From NCBI RefSeq assembly GCF_964204645.1, contig NC_134029.1, positions 3,720,001-3,784,000 on the forward strand: a stretch of 64,000 nucleotides of DNA. The letters run 5' to 3'. Positions 28,001 to 39,744 of this stretch are shown here, one piece after another (positions within the stretch are counted from its first letter, which is position 1; the number at the start of each line of letters is the position of its first letter). The translations under genes were made by a program, and so were the position numbers. The notes under the pieces are model-generated. The model saw nothing but the letters and a program-made list of their open reading frames with translations, had not been told where the DNA came from and made no database searches. Source of the stretch: Tubulanus polymorphus. Lineage: Eukaryota > Animalia > Nemertea.

Positions 28001-31000
28001 GGCGTTATGAAGATAAACAACCGCGATCAGATAAACTCAAATGATCCGCTCGAACCATCCGCAATAAATGATCAATGATTATGCATCAATTCTGTACCTA
28101 CATACGTGATCCACGAACCTGTAAAAACCAGTGTAAACCACTGCCTGTTTTATTGACTGCTGTGCAGGATGTTTTATGGTTGTTGTTTGTTTTATCAATA
28201 CTCGCCTCTGCACATAAGTTGCCCACTTCAATACGATGCTTTTATAAACTGGAGTCTATTAATCCTAATATGATTATCGTGCATAAAGGGAATACTTCCT
28301 GATGTATATATAAAAGGCTATTGGTGGATATAGAGTGAGCGTTCTCTTATAATGGCTGTGACCATCGCTTACATTTCATCACACCTCGAATCCCAAATGG
28401 TTATTACCAATAATCTCAAGAGCTGAGTGGAAGTGTTAATAGACTTCAGTCCAGCGATGTGTTTCACCTGAGCCGCAAATTTGGTAGTCAGCTATGCAGG
28501 GTTCGCACTAATTCCTAAAAATCCTGGAAAAGTTACGGAAATTTGTAATCATTTTTTCAAGGTTTAGAAAAGTTACGAAATTATGAAAAAAGCTAAAGAA
28601 TTTTAGAAATGAGGTCTGCATAATTTATACTTGTGGTTTTAGATAGATATGTCGGCCGGTTTCATTTCTGCCTTTGGACATTTGCCCTGCATAAGGTACG
28701 GAAAATCAAAGACTGAAATAGTATGAACCCTGGCTATGTGTTGACATATTATAGTGAACAAGAATTTGTCTTCATTTATCGACCATTAGGTATTGTATAT
28801 ACAATACATATAACCCATCCTACATTATCCATCATAATCAAATATTAATTTCTTCTGTTTTCACCAGTGGGTGAATGTCTTGTAGCGTCTGTCAGGCATC
28901 GCTGCATCAATCATGGTCGGATGATGATATATTCTCTCACCCGGTCGATCATATTCATTTGTAGCGGAATTATTTTCGCGGTTGCCATCTCTTAATTCCG
29001 GCTCGGAGTCCGTGCGGCGATTGCCAATTGACTCGTTTAGGTTCGATACGATGTCATCATTGAGATGTCTCTCTCTACTGTAATATATAATGTCATCCCC
29101 TGTGGTGATGATGATTGTAGTCGTTGTGGTATCACATTTCATCTTATTTGAATTCGATGTCATCTTACTTAATGCTGCTGGTAATTTTAGATTTAACCCT
29201 TTCCGATTCGTTTGCTATATTATCAATACCGTGTAATCCGTACAGGAGAATGAAAGCCTGCCAATCGATGGTCTGGCCCCTGGATTTCATAAGAAGAAGA
29301 TCTCGAACAGAATTTGACTGTCAGTAGTCGCTTTGGTTTCGAGGAAAATAATTTGGCTACTTCTTCAAGCAAAGTGTTCTGACATGAAAGATGAATTTGC
29401 GGCCCAGATATGGATAGTATGAATACATATGTCGTGTATCTAGGTTGTGATCACATTAAGTACATTGGAAGCAGCACAGATTGTGTAATGTCAACTAATT
29501 AAATGGTAGTTTCATTAATAATGTACTTTTATATAACCCGATACAATGAACCATGCCAGATTTCCGAGAGAACTTTTCCAGGTTTTCGTGATCATGTTTT
29601 TAAGCGGATTGAAGCCTTGACTATTCGAACTTACCTGGACCAGTCAAATTTGGCCAATGCCTAATAAATGCTATCAAAATGACTGTGGCGAGTGAGGTGA
29701 GACATTTTCGGAACCGGTTAGCTTTCGAATCGAATGAATTTGGCATGGGCATAGGCTCATTTGGCCTCAGTGTGTTGATGCCTGCGACTAATCTGGCACA
29801 GGCCAAATTGGCCTAGGTCAAAAATGCTCGCGTGAAGACGGCTCGGTATCATTTTCTACCGCCTCCTTCCTTCTTTATAGTGTACATGATGTAACTGATC
29901 TATATACATGGCAATTCCTCGTGTCTACGCTATAAATAGAATATTGTTTATTGAGAAACTGTTTCGACAAACAAGGAAAAATAGAGATTGTATATTATGT
30001 GTGCGGGTGACACGCTGCCCTCTCTCTGTGAGAATCTAATATCGATTCAATTCGGATAAAGTCGTCTCCCGGTTTATGTTCTCCCGGTCGTCATCCGATG
30101 ATCGAACCGGTCGGTATTGCGTTTGCTGATTTGCTTAGACGTAATACGCAATACCCCCGCAGAAATGCTGAAAGCATCCAGTTTACAGCGGCCCCGTCTA
30201 ACAGCCAGCGCATGCACACTTATGTGATACATATATTCTGTGAAAGTCACATTCGTTGACTGACGTCGTTGGAGATTGTATACGGTATATGAAAGACTGG
30301 GGAAAGCATCGATTTAATGTCACTATTAGGCTAAGAAAAATGATGCTTTGTTTCTCCTAATCGGGCAGGTCGCTTTTGTAAACTGCGATAAAATTTGTAA
30401 TCAGTTCATTTCTATAACTGCCGGGTCCGTTATTGTTAGCTTGATCATGATGTTAAAAAGTAATTTACACGGTAGATATGCGGTCGAGTGGTCAACTTTT
30501 TAGCTTCGCAGATATAAGAAACTAGGTATAAATTTTTTAGCCTTATGTTCGTTAGAATGCTGTGATTTGTAGAAGATTCCAGGCATTTATTGCTAGCGCT
30601 AGCTGATCTCTCTCTTTCTCTCTCTCCTCATCCTCTCTCCTCATCCTCCTCAGGATCCTTCACTCTCTCCCCTCCAGTGTAACTCTCCATTCTCCTCTCT
30701 CCTTGTCTCATGTCAAATGAATTTGAGGGAAATCTGAAAAATTGTCTTTTTGTCAAAATACTTCGCTAAGATTTCCGGGTTCTATCAATCGAGTAGAATG
30801 AACTCATGCATTATGTAGATTCACTTTCATCGGCAGCAGCAGCAGCAGCAGAGTTTGAGCTGATTAGTGCCGCAACTTTCTCAATACAGGATTAGACATT
30901 GCATAACTGTATGAACTGTAGATAAAGGGTCTGTGGTAAGCTGATTGAGTTACTATTGACTTACGGTCCCATTAGTAGATGACAACTGAGTCTTCTCATA

Positions 31001-34000
31001 TCAGAAAGTACAGTAGGCAGATTTCGTGTCTGAAAGCTGTCAGCGTCACCCACAACTGTAGACAACCTGTAGGTGTAACGTCTCTATCGGATCCTGTCTA
31101 GGGGTCTCGTGGGCAGAAGGTGAAACTAGAAACATCATGTGTCCCCCTATTCACGTAACACTGTCGTTAGGAAATACAGCTCAGTTCCGAGTTCATACTG
31201 AAAATCAAATCGTTGCTTTTATAAAGTTGAATCAGTGATTAGTAATGAAACTCGTGAGTTAGTTGAGTGAGCGAGTGAGTGCTGATACGTAATAATGTCG
31301 AATGCAGTGATGCAGTAATAAAAGAGCTGTATCTCCTTCCTTCACAGTTCATTAAACGCTAATCTCTACTGCAGTCTTACTGTCTGAATGTGCATTTGTC
31401 ATAAAACGTTTGCGACACTCATCGAATCTATTCCGATGTACGACGAAATGTATTTCGTATTTCAACAGGGATTTCAAAGCACTTAAGTGGTCAAGACTTT
31501 CTGGCCCCTTGACCACTGTTTTCACAAAAAGCTGCTATTTCGTGTCATCAATTCCGTCAATTTCATGTTTTCCATCCCGATATACATTAAGAAGGAGTGG
31601 TATCAAAGGCTTTTTTCACCTTGGGGAACATTTTCAATTAATCATTTCGTTATCAGTAGTTACTGCATGATTTTACCATTAGGTCGTTAAGTTTATGAGC
31701 TGAATCCACATATTTTGATCCACGCGCGATCAATCTTACGTTAATTAATTACAGCGAAACCTTACATTTTACATTGGAATTACGCTGTGAAAGTGGGTTC
31801 TGATCAATTGATGCTTCCTCTTCTAATGGACTCGTTTATCTCTATGGAAACATTCAGATTGATTCATAAACCAGACAATGAAATCCAGCAGCATTTTGGA
31901 GCCATGTAGATTAACATGTATTTAGTAATGTTATATAGTAAAGTATCATATTTTCTTATGGTATGTTTGGAATTGTTTTGGAGGCAGTGTTGTACTATAT
32001 ACGGCCTGAATTATATCCAGGTTATCAAACTCACGTAAGCCATTTACCATCACTGCATGCCAGAGTCGGTGTTTGGTAAAGCCAGTCCATCGGACAATCC
32101 GTTCAGCTATGACTCTATCAGTATCTAAGAAACTTGTTGTAATCATAAATCTTAACTTCCCGTTACGCGTTCATTTCAAGCATTATTTATTTAGTGGGAA
32201 AGTTGCTCGATGAACTTGAAGAGACTTATACCACAACCCAGGCGGATACATTGTTTTACCACGTGTACACATGATTGTACGGTAATTCGCATCGATTTTG
32301 TAATCGATGTCTGCATTTATCGTGATTCCAGCGTTGGAGAATTTGATTGAAGCAGTGATGTATGTTCTCTGGTATATCGATGGCTCTTCAGTAATTACCA
32401 ATGACACCGATATACGAAGCGTGTTTCTTTTTGCACTGCACCGTATTTATATCTGATTACCGCAAATTGCTGATGACATTTCCATCAAAGGAGAGGGAAA
32501 CAGCTTTCTCGTAAATTCAGTCCCCGCGGCGCGCCGCAAGTGTATAAAATAGCTGGTATGGCTTACGAGGGAAATTAGTCTCGCGTCTCCTTATTGCTGG
32601 TTGATTCTTAGTTATGACATTCCAGACCGGCTTCTACGGTTATGAGTCTAAACACAACTAGTAGAGGACTATTCAGTCTGTTATTCATTAGACCAGGTAC
32701 CTCTAAGTGAGTTGAGAGGGAAGAAGGATAAAGCCGCGATCACAGTGTGGAGACTGCCTGTCACACTGGCCCGGACCGGACACGAGTCAAATTTAGCCTA
32801 TACCCTAAGAAAGGGTTCACCGGCGAATCACTTATTTGTTACTAATAATGCTGTGGCAAGCGAGTCAGCTCCAGAACCAATAAGCATCCTCATAGAATAA
32901 TTTGACCCGTGTCCAAATTTTGGATGGCCGTCGTCTGATTTTTTGGTTGGGCCAAATTTGGCTACAGTGTGAGTAGATGGTCCTGGTCAAAAACGCTTGT
33001 GTGATCGTGACCCATAGTGTACAGGCTTCAAACCCGGCATGACTTGGTGGTACTCCACACTGTGTTCCACACTGTTTAACCTAAAAAATCCTACCATATC
33101 ACAAGAAATAATATTCTATTTATGTTTTTTTTAGCATCATCGGAAGAAGCTCCACGGACGACGTCTTGATTACGATTGTAAAAAGAGAAAACAACAAAAA
33201 GGTGAGAAAATGTGGATATCTGTTGTAAACCCTGAGATCGGTTATACCTCGACTGTGCTCATTTCAACACCATTATCAAAAGCATTTTCATTATTCCCCC
33301 CCCCCCCCCGAAGAGATCTATTTTCGCATTAACTTTACAATTTGAAAGCTCAAAGATCGGAATGAAATTGCGTTGTTATTAGTTCTCTATCGCTTTCTGG
33401 CAGCGAAGTTAAATCGCCTGTCGACATTATATCGAGTTTAATTGAAATTTGCGGCAACCCGATACAATCCAATACAATCCGATACAATCCGATACAGCTG
33501 TATCAATTTTCCACGAGATGAAAACGTCGCCGTCGTCGTCGCAGATCTCGCGACTGTATCCTAGTAACATGTTCATCACATAATTGAAATTTTATCATCA
33601 TTCGAAAAAGATACCGCTAGTAACTTCCCCCTTCACTGCTCCAATTTTATTATTCAATGTATATTCCAGTTTTTCTAGATAAAATCTTTAATTTCTCACT
33701 TTTGATTCTGAAATATGTATTTGTACCTGTTACTTATTTGATTGATTGATTCGGGTTTAATTTTGTGTCCCCTCTTATCTCGCCGCACCTGCCTGTAATG
33801 GAACAGAGTATGGTTTTTAAATCGAGATTCATGCAACAGATATAATTGGATGGTCGGTCAAATTTACAGAATTGTTGTTTTTAAATCGGAGTACCAGGTA
33901 GACTACCTACCATCTAGCCTGAACCGGCGAGCAACTGATTGGGTTTTTAAAAATTTTTCTAGGCTGCCTAACTTAATACATTTGGAAACCCTTTATCAAA

Positions 34001-37000
34001 CTTCAATTTCTTCACGGCAGCATCATGAATTGACAGATAGAAAGTATTTGAGGATGTTAGGATGTTTCAAAAGCTTCTTTCAAGAGCAGCTGTCGCATAT
34101 GGCTAAGAAGATTTTAGTTGTGACAGGGTTTTTTTTATTGAAGCAGAATATCAGTTTTTTGTATGAGAATTTATTTTCCATGTGCCCTGCCACCCGCAAC
34201 CCCCTCCCCCTGGCCAGTCTGTGTTATACACCAGCATATACCTCCCCCTCAAGCTCCCATCACTGGCTGTTGCCAGGAAGGTCTTACAGTCACATAGTAC
34301 AATGAATAGGTTTCCGATGATTGCATTAGATTACGATTGCAGTGAGGATTATGACTCCAGTGAGGATTACAACTCCGACGAGGATTACGCGCAGTTCTCT
34401 GCTTTCGTTTCTTAATCAGCGGCGCGTTTAATCACGACTTGGAGCTCATTCATGACTTCTATTCGTAAATACTGATGATGTCGATTCGAATTTAATCTCG
34501 CATTCAATCTTCATTCATTCTGAACGCAGTTCATTTTTCATCTTCAAACAGATTTCATTTACTGTCGGTAGATCAATTCTCAGCTTATCATAAAGTCATT
34601 TCTACTGGATAATACGGAAATATTCTGGGCCGAATTTAGATTCCTTTACGCATTTGATATGACGCAAATATCAAAAATGATTACCATAACTAAATATGAC
34701 TGAGTTTATCGGAACGAAACTAGTTAAATGTCTGTCGATTATCATTTCTTCGATGTTCATTTTCATAATTTTCTCTCTTCGCCTGGGGAGAGGATTTGGC
34801 CGCGATCAAATTTGGCCCACGCTTAACTAGAGAGCGCATTCACTCAGATCAATCACTCGTTACTAAAATGGTATCAAAATGATGCTGCTGCAAATGAGTT
34901 GAATCACTTCAAGAACCAGTTACCATTCACACAGAATCATCTAATCTGTGCTAGAATATGGTGCAGGCCTGGTCTGACGTTTTCGGACGGCCAAATTCGG
35001 CCAGTGTCAAATAGGCACAGATTGTTTTGGCACGAGTGTGATTGATTGGCCCCAATCAAAAATGCTTGTGGCGTGATCGCGGCTTTTAATGAAACATCTG
35101 TTTTAAGCCCAGTCATGATCTTATAAAGAAACAAATCAATTTTACAAGTTATGATTATTTGAATTATGCCTGGTTCCTTGAATTGGTTCATTCTGTGTAG
35201 ATGCACCATGATAAAACATCCTTCCTTCCGCTACATCACGCATATCGCTTTCAAGTGTCAGTCGTGCGACCCCCGTAATCGAAACGAAACGATCGAGGCA
35301 TCTGACAGGAAATTAGAGCTGGACCATCCGACTGAGCGACTCTCGATCGGTTTATTACTGATTGAGACCAGACACGACTACGCAACGTCGGACGTTATTT
35401 CGATTTCGAGATATCTCGAAAAATCATCATCTGCCACGAAGAACGATGAACAAATGATTGCGATATTCATGACATCTCCGGCACGCAGTTTCTCTTTTAT
35501 TTGAACACGATCATGATTTCGTATATTGTATCATTTACAGTACATAGCTGTATTAACTGTATTACTCTATGTGCTGTGTTGAATCTAGGTAACCCCCGTT
35601 CACCCCTAGAAAAATCCTTCTATAGATAAAAATTCCTGCCTGGTAAAACAATTTCTCAGACAATAGCATAACTCTTTTCATAGAAAACTGGATTTGGGAT
35701 GATTTTTATTTAGGGGGATATTTAACGAGCTGATTTTTATTTTATTGGCCCGTTACTGCTGTGTCGGTCCCCAAATCATCATCACAATGAGTCACACGTA
35801 ATTAATTACAATGAAATACGTAAGACCCTTTATTATTCTGGCTTCTTTGGACGTATTGAGTAATGAATTTCTGATGATGATAGCTGTGAATGTTGAGGTA
35901 TTCAGACATTACCTATTGAACTGTGGGCCGTAGTAGCAATTCATTCCCCCTTTGAATTTCAATAGACAATTGGTTAGGAACGTGATGGAAAGTCTTGGAA
36001 TTTGGTAGATTCAGTACGGGAACACCGCAGAAATGAACACTGCATCATACATAGTTTTAACTCATATCCATCAACTTCATCATTACATTCAGTTTTGTTG
36101 TGATTATTGCAGGTGCAAAGAAAGGTAAATGATAGAAAGTTCAGACCATATATCGGTATATACTGATATACGTAGATCTAATGAAGTGCGCACAACACGA
36201 TGTTAATATTCTCATCTTTAATCGTTCACAATTAGTGTTGATAGTTTTTTTTCGCGAACGTTTTCCGATAATAAACTGCTTCTCATTAATAACTGTTCAG
36301 TGGTAATATTAATTACTACTAATAACTTTTGACCTCTTTTTTCAATATTCGAATTAACGTATTGTAGAAGGTAACTATATCGATCTCGTCCAGCACCCGG
36401 TGGACGATGGTTCTAACAGTATTTTCAATATTTTTACTAAGATATTTAACGGTCGTTTTCATTCGTGGTGAATAATTATTTCTCGGGCACCGATGGTTAA
36501 ACGGTGGTCGGTACGTGTTTCTTCGTTCGTTTTTCGCTACTGGGAATTTTTTCGCTAATTTCTATGCTGAAAACTATTATTTTCATATGATTCTGTATTT
36601 ACGGTAATACTGAGGTTTGGATTCGTGATATTTAGTAGCAATTCCAGTAAAAACTGATGTAATTCATATGTTACTGATATGGAAATCTAATAAGTTCTAC
36701 TGAAATGTTTTCATTTTTATCCGATGATGTCCTGTTGTTTAGAAAGGCTCCAGAATATTAGGCAATATATATAACACTAACATGAACACTAACATCATAT
36801 TGATAAAACATTGAAAATGCTTTCAGGAGCTAGTCCCAACATAACTGGTAAAATTAGAGTCTAACCCAGAAGTGTGGAACTGGCTCCAGATATATATCTA
36901 ATCCCTGATTCTTTCTTCTCTCTTTGTCTCTCTCATTCGATTGCCGTATTTAGCTGCAGGTAAATTCTTTTTCATTCTTCCACTAATTATGCATTACAAG

Positions 37001-39237
37001 AAATACTTCCGAAATAGATATCCAAGAAAGCTTCACCTACTAATAATGATATATCCGTTTCGTGACGTTCAAACAGCTAAATTCTATCATTTTCTCGGCA
37101 TCTTTTGAATTTCTGATAAAAAAATATTCCTTTTCTATTATAATTTGAAGCTGCCGGTAAGTCGTGATAATGTTGTCTGCTAAAGATGCGTTGATGTATA
37201 CCTAGGGCTTTAAAGCAGTGTATAACACATATATACAATTTTGCTTATTTTCTCATTGAGTCGTGTGCTTTATCCGGATATTTGAATAGAAATCAATATT
37301 AGACGATTATTTAGTTCTATTTCTTAAGTTCGCTAGTTTAAAAATGGATCATTTAAATCATAGACTATTAGCTACGCTATCGTGTCTTCCTACACTCTAT
37401 AGTTGTGTGAATTATCCCTGTAGGTGGCGCTATTAACGAAGATGAACTACACATAGCCGAAGAGAAATTCGAAGAATCAAAGAACCTTGCGGAGATCGCC
37501 ATGCAGAATGTACTCGATAATGACGTAAGTCTCAGAAAACGAGCCAGTATGGCCAATTTATGATAATTATTATGATAAATTATTGAGCTTAAAATCCATG
37601 TAAAATATGGTCATTGGCTTTACATGATGAAAAAACCAAGACTGGTTTAATTGAAAGCTTAGCTGAGTAAATTGGTTTCAAGATTTTATTAAAAAGCATC
37701 GATTGATAGACTAGATGTGATTGAACTAAGTGAAGTATTCCAAACTACAAAGGCAGAGTACTACATCATCCATTGACTTCTAAGCATGATTCCATATTCC
37801 CGCGATATATACCGATATGTTAACGGTTCACATGTATCTCGCGTCTTTAAGATTGTTTTTTTGTGCGCAGGTTGAGCAGATTTCCCAATTGGCTTCGTTC
37901 GTCGAGGCTCAAATTGACTATCATCGACAAGCGCAAGACGTGTTACAAGGACTTTTCGAAACGTTACAAAACAAGTACGTCTTATCAACCCTGGCGAAAT
38001 ACAGGGGTGACTTCTAACCCGTAGTAGCAACAGAAAGGGGCATCATTCCAGCGAAAAGGGCACCAAAAACTATATACAGTAGACTCTGCTTGCTCCTGAT
38101 CTTGCTGGACCAATAAATTTGGTCCGATGTACAAGATTTCCTGGAGAAACTGGTCGTTATCTCGATGAAATGGAATACAGAAATTTGTAATATATCGTCC
38201 GGAGCGTGGTACAATCAACTTCAGGGTGAATGGAGTCTACTGTATCTCCTATTATTCTCCATTCTCTTACAGTCTTATAGCAGCTTTCTGCAGCTATAAA
38301 CGTTACTTATTTCGCGGTTTAATGATGAATAATTTCAGACAAGCCGAAGCGGCGAATCGACCGAGAGTCCAACGTGAGAAGAAAACGTTTAATCTGTTGC
38401 CTCGCAGTAACAACGACAATATCAGCGACGCCGGGTCAGACTACGCTATATCTCCGATGACAACTCCAACGCATCATCCTAACAAAGGTTTGTATTCATA
38501 TCATTTTATTTATTTGCGTACTTAATCAACATCAAAGCGGAAAAATGAATTGAATGCTGGAAAAGTGTTCAGTAATCATTTAACAAAACATGGTATTAGT
38601 TATATGATATATATTCAGTTTAACAAATAATACTGGTAACAATATTATATCATTTTATATATTTTATAGAGCATAAAATTGATAATTGAATAAAACTAAA
38701 ACATCAGCAGAAATGCACGTTGAAAGATGGTTTACCTTTAAAAAAAAACACTTGGTCTGTTCAAAATTGAAGCAGACTAATTCTAGAACATTCTGAATAG
38801 TGTAGTGTGGACACGGCTATAGACTATCCTGGAGCCAGTTGCACAGTCATGGCTTAAGTCCAAAAATTGTCTTAAATCTTAAGACTGGTCTTAAGTTGTT
38901 GGATTGGCTATAGAACTAAGTTGGTCTTAGACTGGTCTTAAGTCTAAGTCATGACTATGCAACCGGCCCCTGAGGATTAGTTTGAAAGATGGTTTTATGG
39001 TTTATACATACACGGTAATTATGAGATCTAATTTTCTGATGATTTTTAGACTTGACGACTCCGCAGGCGCGAGCGCTGTACGACTTTGAAGCCGAGAATG
39101 AATCAGAACTGGAATTCAAAGAAAACGAAATAATCACGTTGACCCAACAATTAGATGAAAATTGGTATGAAGGTGAAATTCATGGTCGTACCGGTTTGTT
39201 TCCGTGTAATTATGTCGAGGTTATTGTCCCATTGTAG
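22005..39237 (+). CDS. SH3GL/EndoA: Endophilin A (N-BAR + SH3), 10 constitutive coding exons
   Basis: Exons 22005-22049 ([15 protein letters not shown]), 23273-23341, 23531-23603 (EFLQPNP), 26821-26964, 27547-27680, 33135-33201 ([19 protein letters not shown]), 37424-37524, 37871-37974, 38339-38487 and 39050-39237 (SH3 [17 protein letters not shown]...GLFPCNYV). Phases are consistent. Confidence 0.95.
22254..22394. mobile_element. Harbinger-like MITE
   Basis: TIRs ggccagttgct / agcaattggcc with flanks tag/cag. Confidence 0.55.
23678..23815. mobile_element. PIF/Harbinger-like MITE, CAG target-site duplication
   Basis: TIRs GGGCCTGTTGCACAGTC / GACTATGCAACCGGCCC with CAG on both sides. A near-identical copy is at 38832-38969. 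Confidence 0.85.
25147..25504. repeat. Minisatellite, 3 x ~120 bp, each built from three ~40-bp ccagggttctg subunits
   Basis: Units 1 and 2 are nearly identical and unit 3 is diverged. Confidence 0.85.
26098..26339. mobile_element. CAGGGT-TIR non-autonomous element
   Basis: CAGGGTTCTTA / TAAGGACCCTG ends with flanks gtactc / gttctc. Confidence 0.6.
28497..28732. mobile_element. CAGGGT-TIR non-autonomous element with 6-bp TSD
   Basis: CAGGGTTCGCAC / GTATGAACCCTG ends with GCTATG duplicated on both flanks. Confidence 0.7.
28861..32435 (-). CDS. Putative nested antisense gene in endophilin intron 5, >=6 exons, ~306 aa, 5' end unresolved; possible tandem-RWD (KNL1 C-terminal-like) protein
   Basis: Exons 32435-32260, 32124-32035, 31515-31381, 31055-30965, 29439-29230 and 29077-28861 have AG/GT boundaries and five phase-matched junctions, giving one open frame ending TFTHW*. 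Confidence 0.6.
36113..37156 (+). other. Candidate microexon cluster of endophilin A (12, 3, 6 and 6 nt)
   Basis: gcag|GTGCAAAGAAAG|gtaaat (36113-36124); gtag|AAG|gtaact (36368-36370); ttag|CTGCAG|gtaaat (36954-36959); gaag|CTGCCG|gtaagt (37151-37156). All are phase 1-1, matching the flanking exons. Confidence 0.65.
36827..36886. mobile_element. 60-bp Harbinger-like mini-MITE
   Basis: TIRs gagctagtccc / ggaactggctc with CAG on both sides. Confidence 0.6.
38832..38969. mobile_element. PIF/Harbinger-like MITE, CTG target-site duplication
   Basis: Copy of 23678-23815 with CTG on both sides. Confidence 0.85.
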
Positions 39238-39634
39238 AAAACAGTCACATCGCTAAAACATTTCCATTATTTTGTCTATTGCTATGCTTAGAAAATACTG
39301 GTACTTGTTGTCCGTTGGGGCAGATTTAGGCAGGTTTCATTTGAGCGTATTCAGGCTTTGGAATAGCAATTCCGGATTACAAACTCTACCGCTTCTATCA
39401 GGTTTACAGATTATAATGCTATTCCAGAATAGGTAGAGCGTATTCTGGTCAAAACAATGCACCAGAAGAGAATTCCGAAATCCATAGAGACCAATCGAAA
39501 ACCTGCCTAATGCTTAAAGAATTTAAGGAAAATTTGAATATATGGTCCGTATATCCTTGGTTTCCCAGTGTTAATATATGGTTGGTCGTACAAATTTCTC
39601 TATGTTATCACTAAGTTGATGGATTTAACCCCAG

Positions 39635-39744
39635 GGAGGCAGTTTCATAAAGATAATTACAATTAGTTTTAATTTGTCGAGTTCATTAAAATGAAATAGT
39701 TGTCATCAGCTACTTATCATAATTTTGCACTGTGAAATTGGCCC
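39635..39744. mobile_element. Degenerate Harbinger-like MITE
   Basis: ggaggcagtttca / tgaaattggccc ends with CAG flanks. Confidence 0.5.

Noticed and set aside
29230-31515. SEFIR/TIR interpretation of the nested gene
   Set aside because: The superficial box-1/box-2 resemblance disappears once upstream exons are joined, and there is no TM segment.
33807-33897. Possible extra endophilin exon(s) after a pyrimidine tract
   Set aside because: Candidate lengths of 28, 58 and 91 nt break the frame or stop immediately (EYGF*).
33850-34305. 151-aa ORF in endophilin intron 6
   Set aside because: Overlaps repeat-like sequence, has no motif and no usable splice phase.
35166-35642. CpG-rich ORF and AG|GT site (35589) as alternative exons or a recursive splice site
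   Set aside because: Phase-1 entry gives quick stops ([16 protein letters not shown]), with no recognisable protein or further support.
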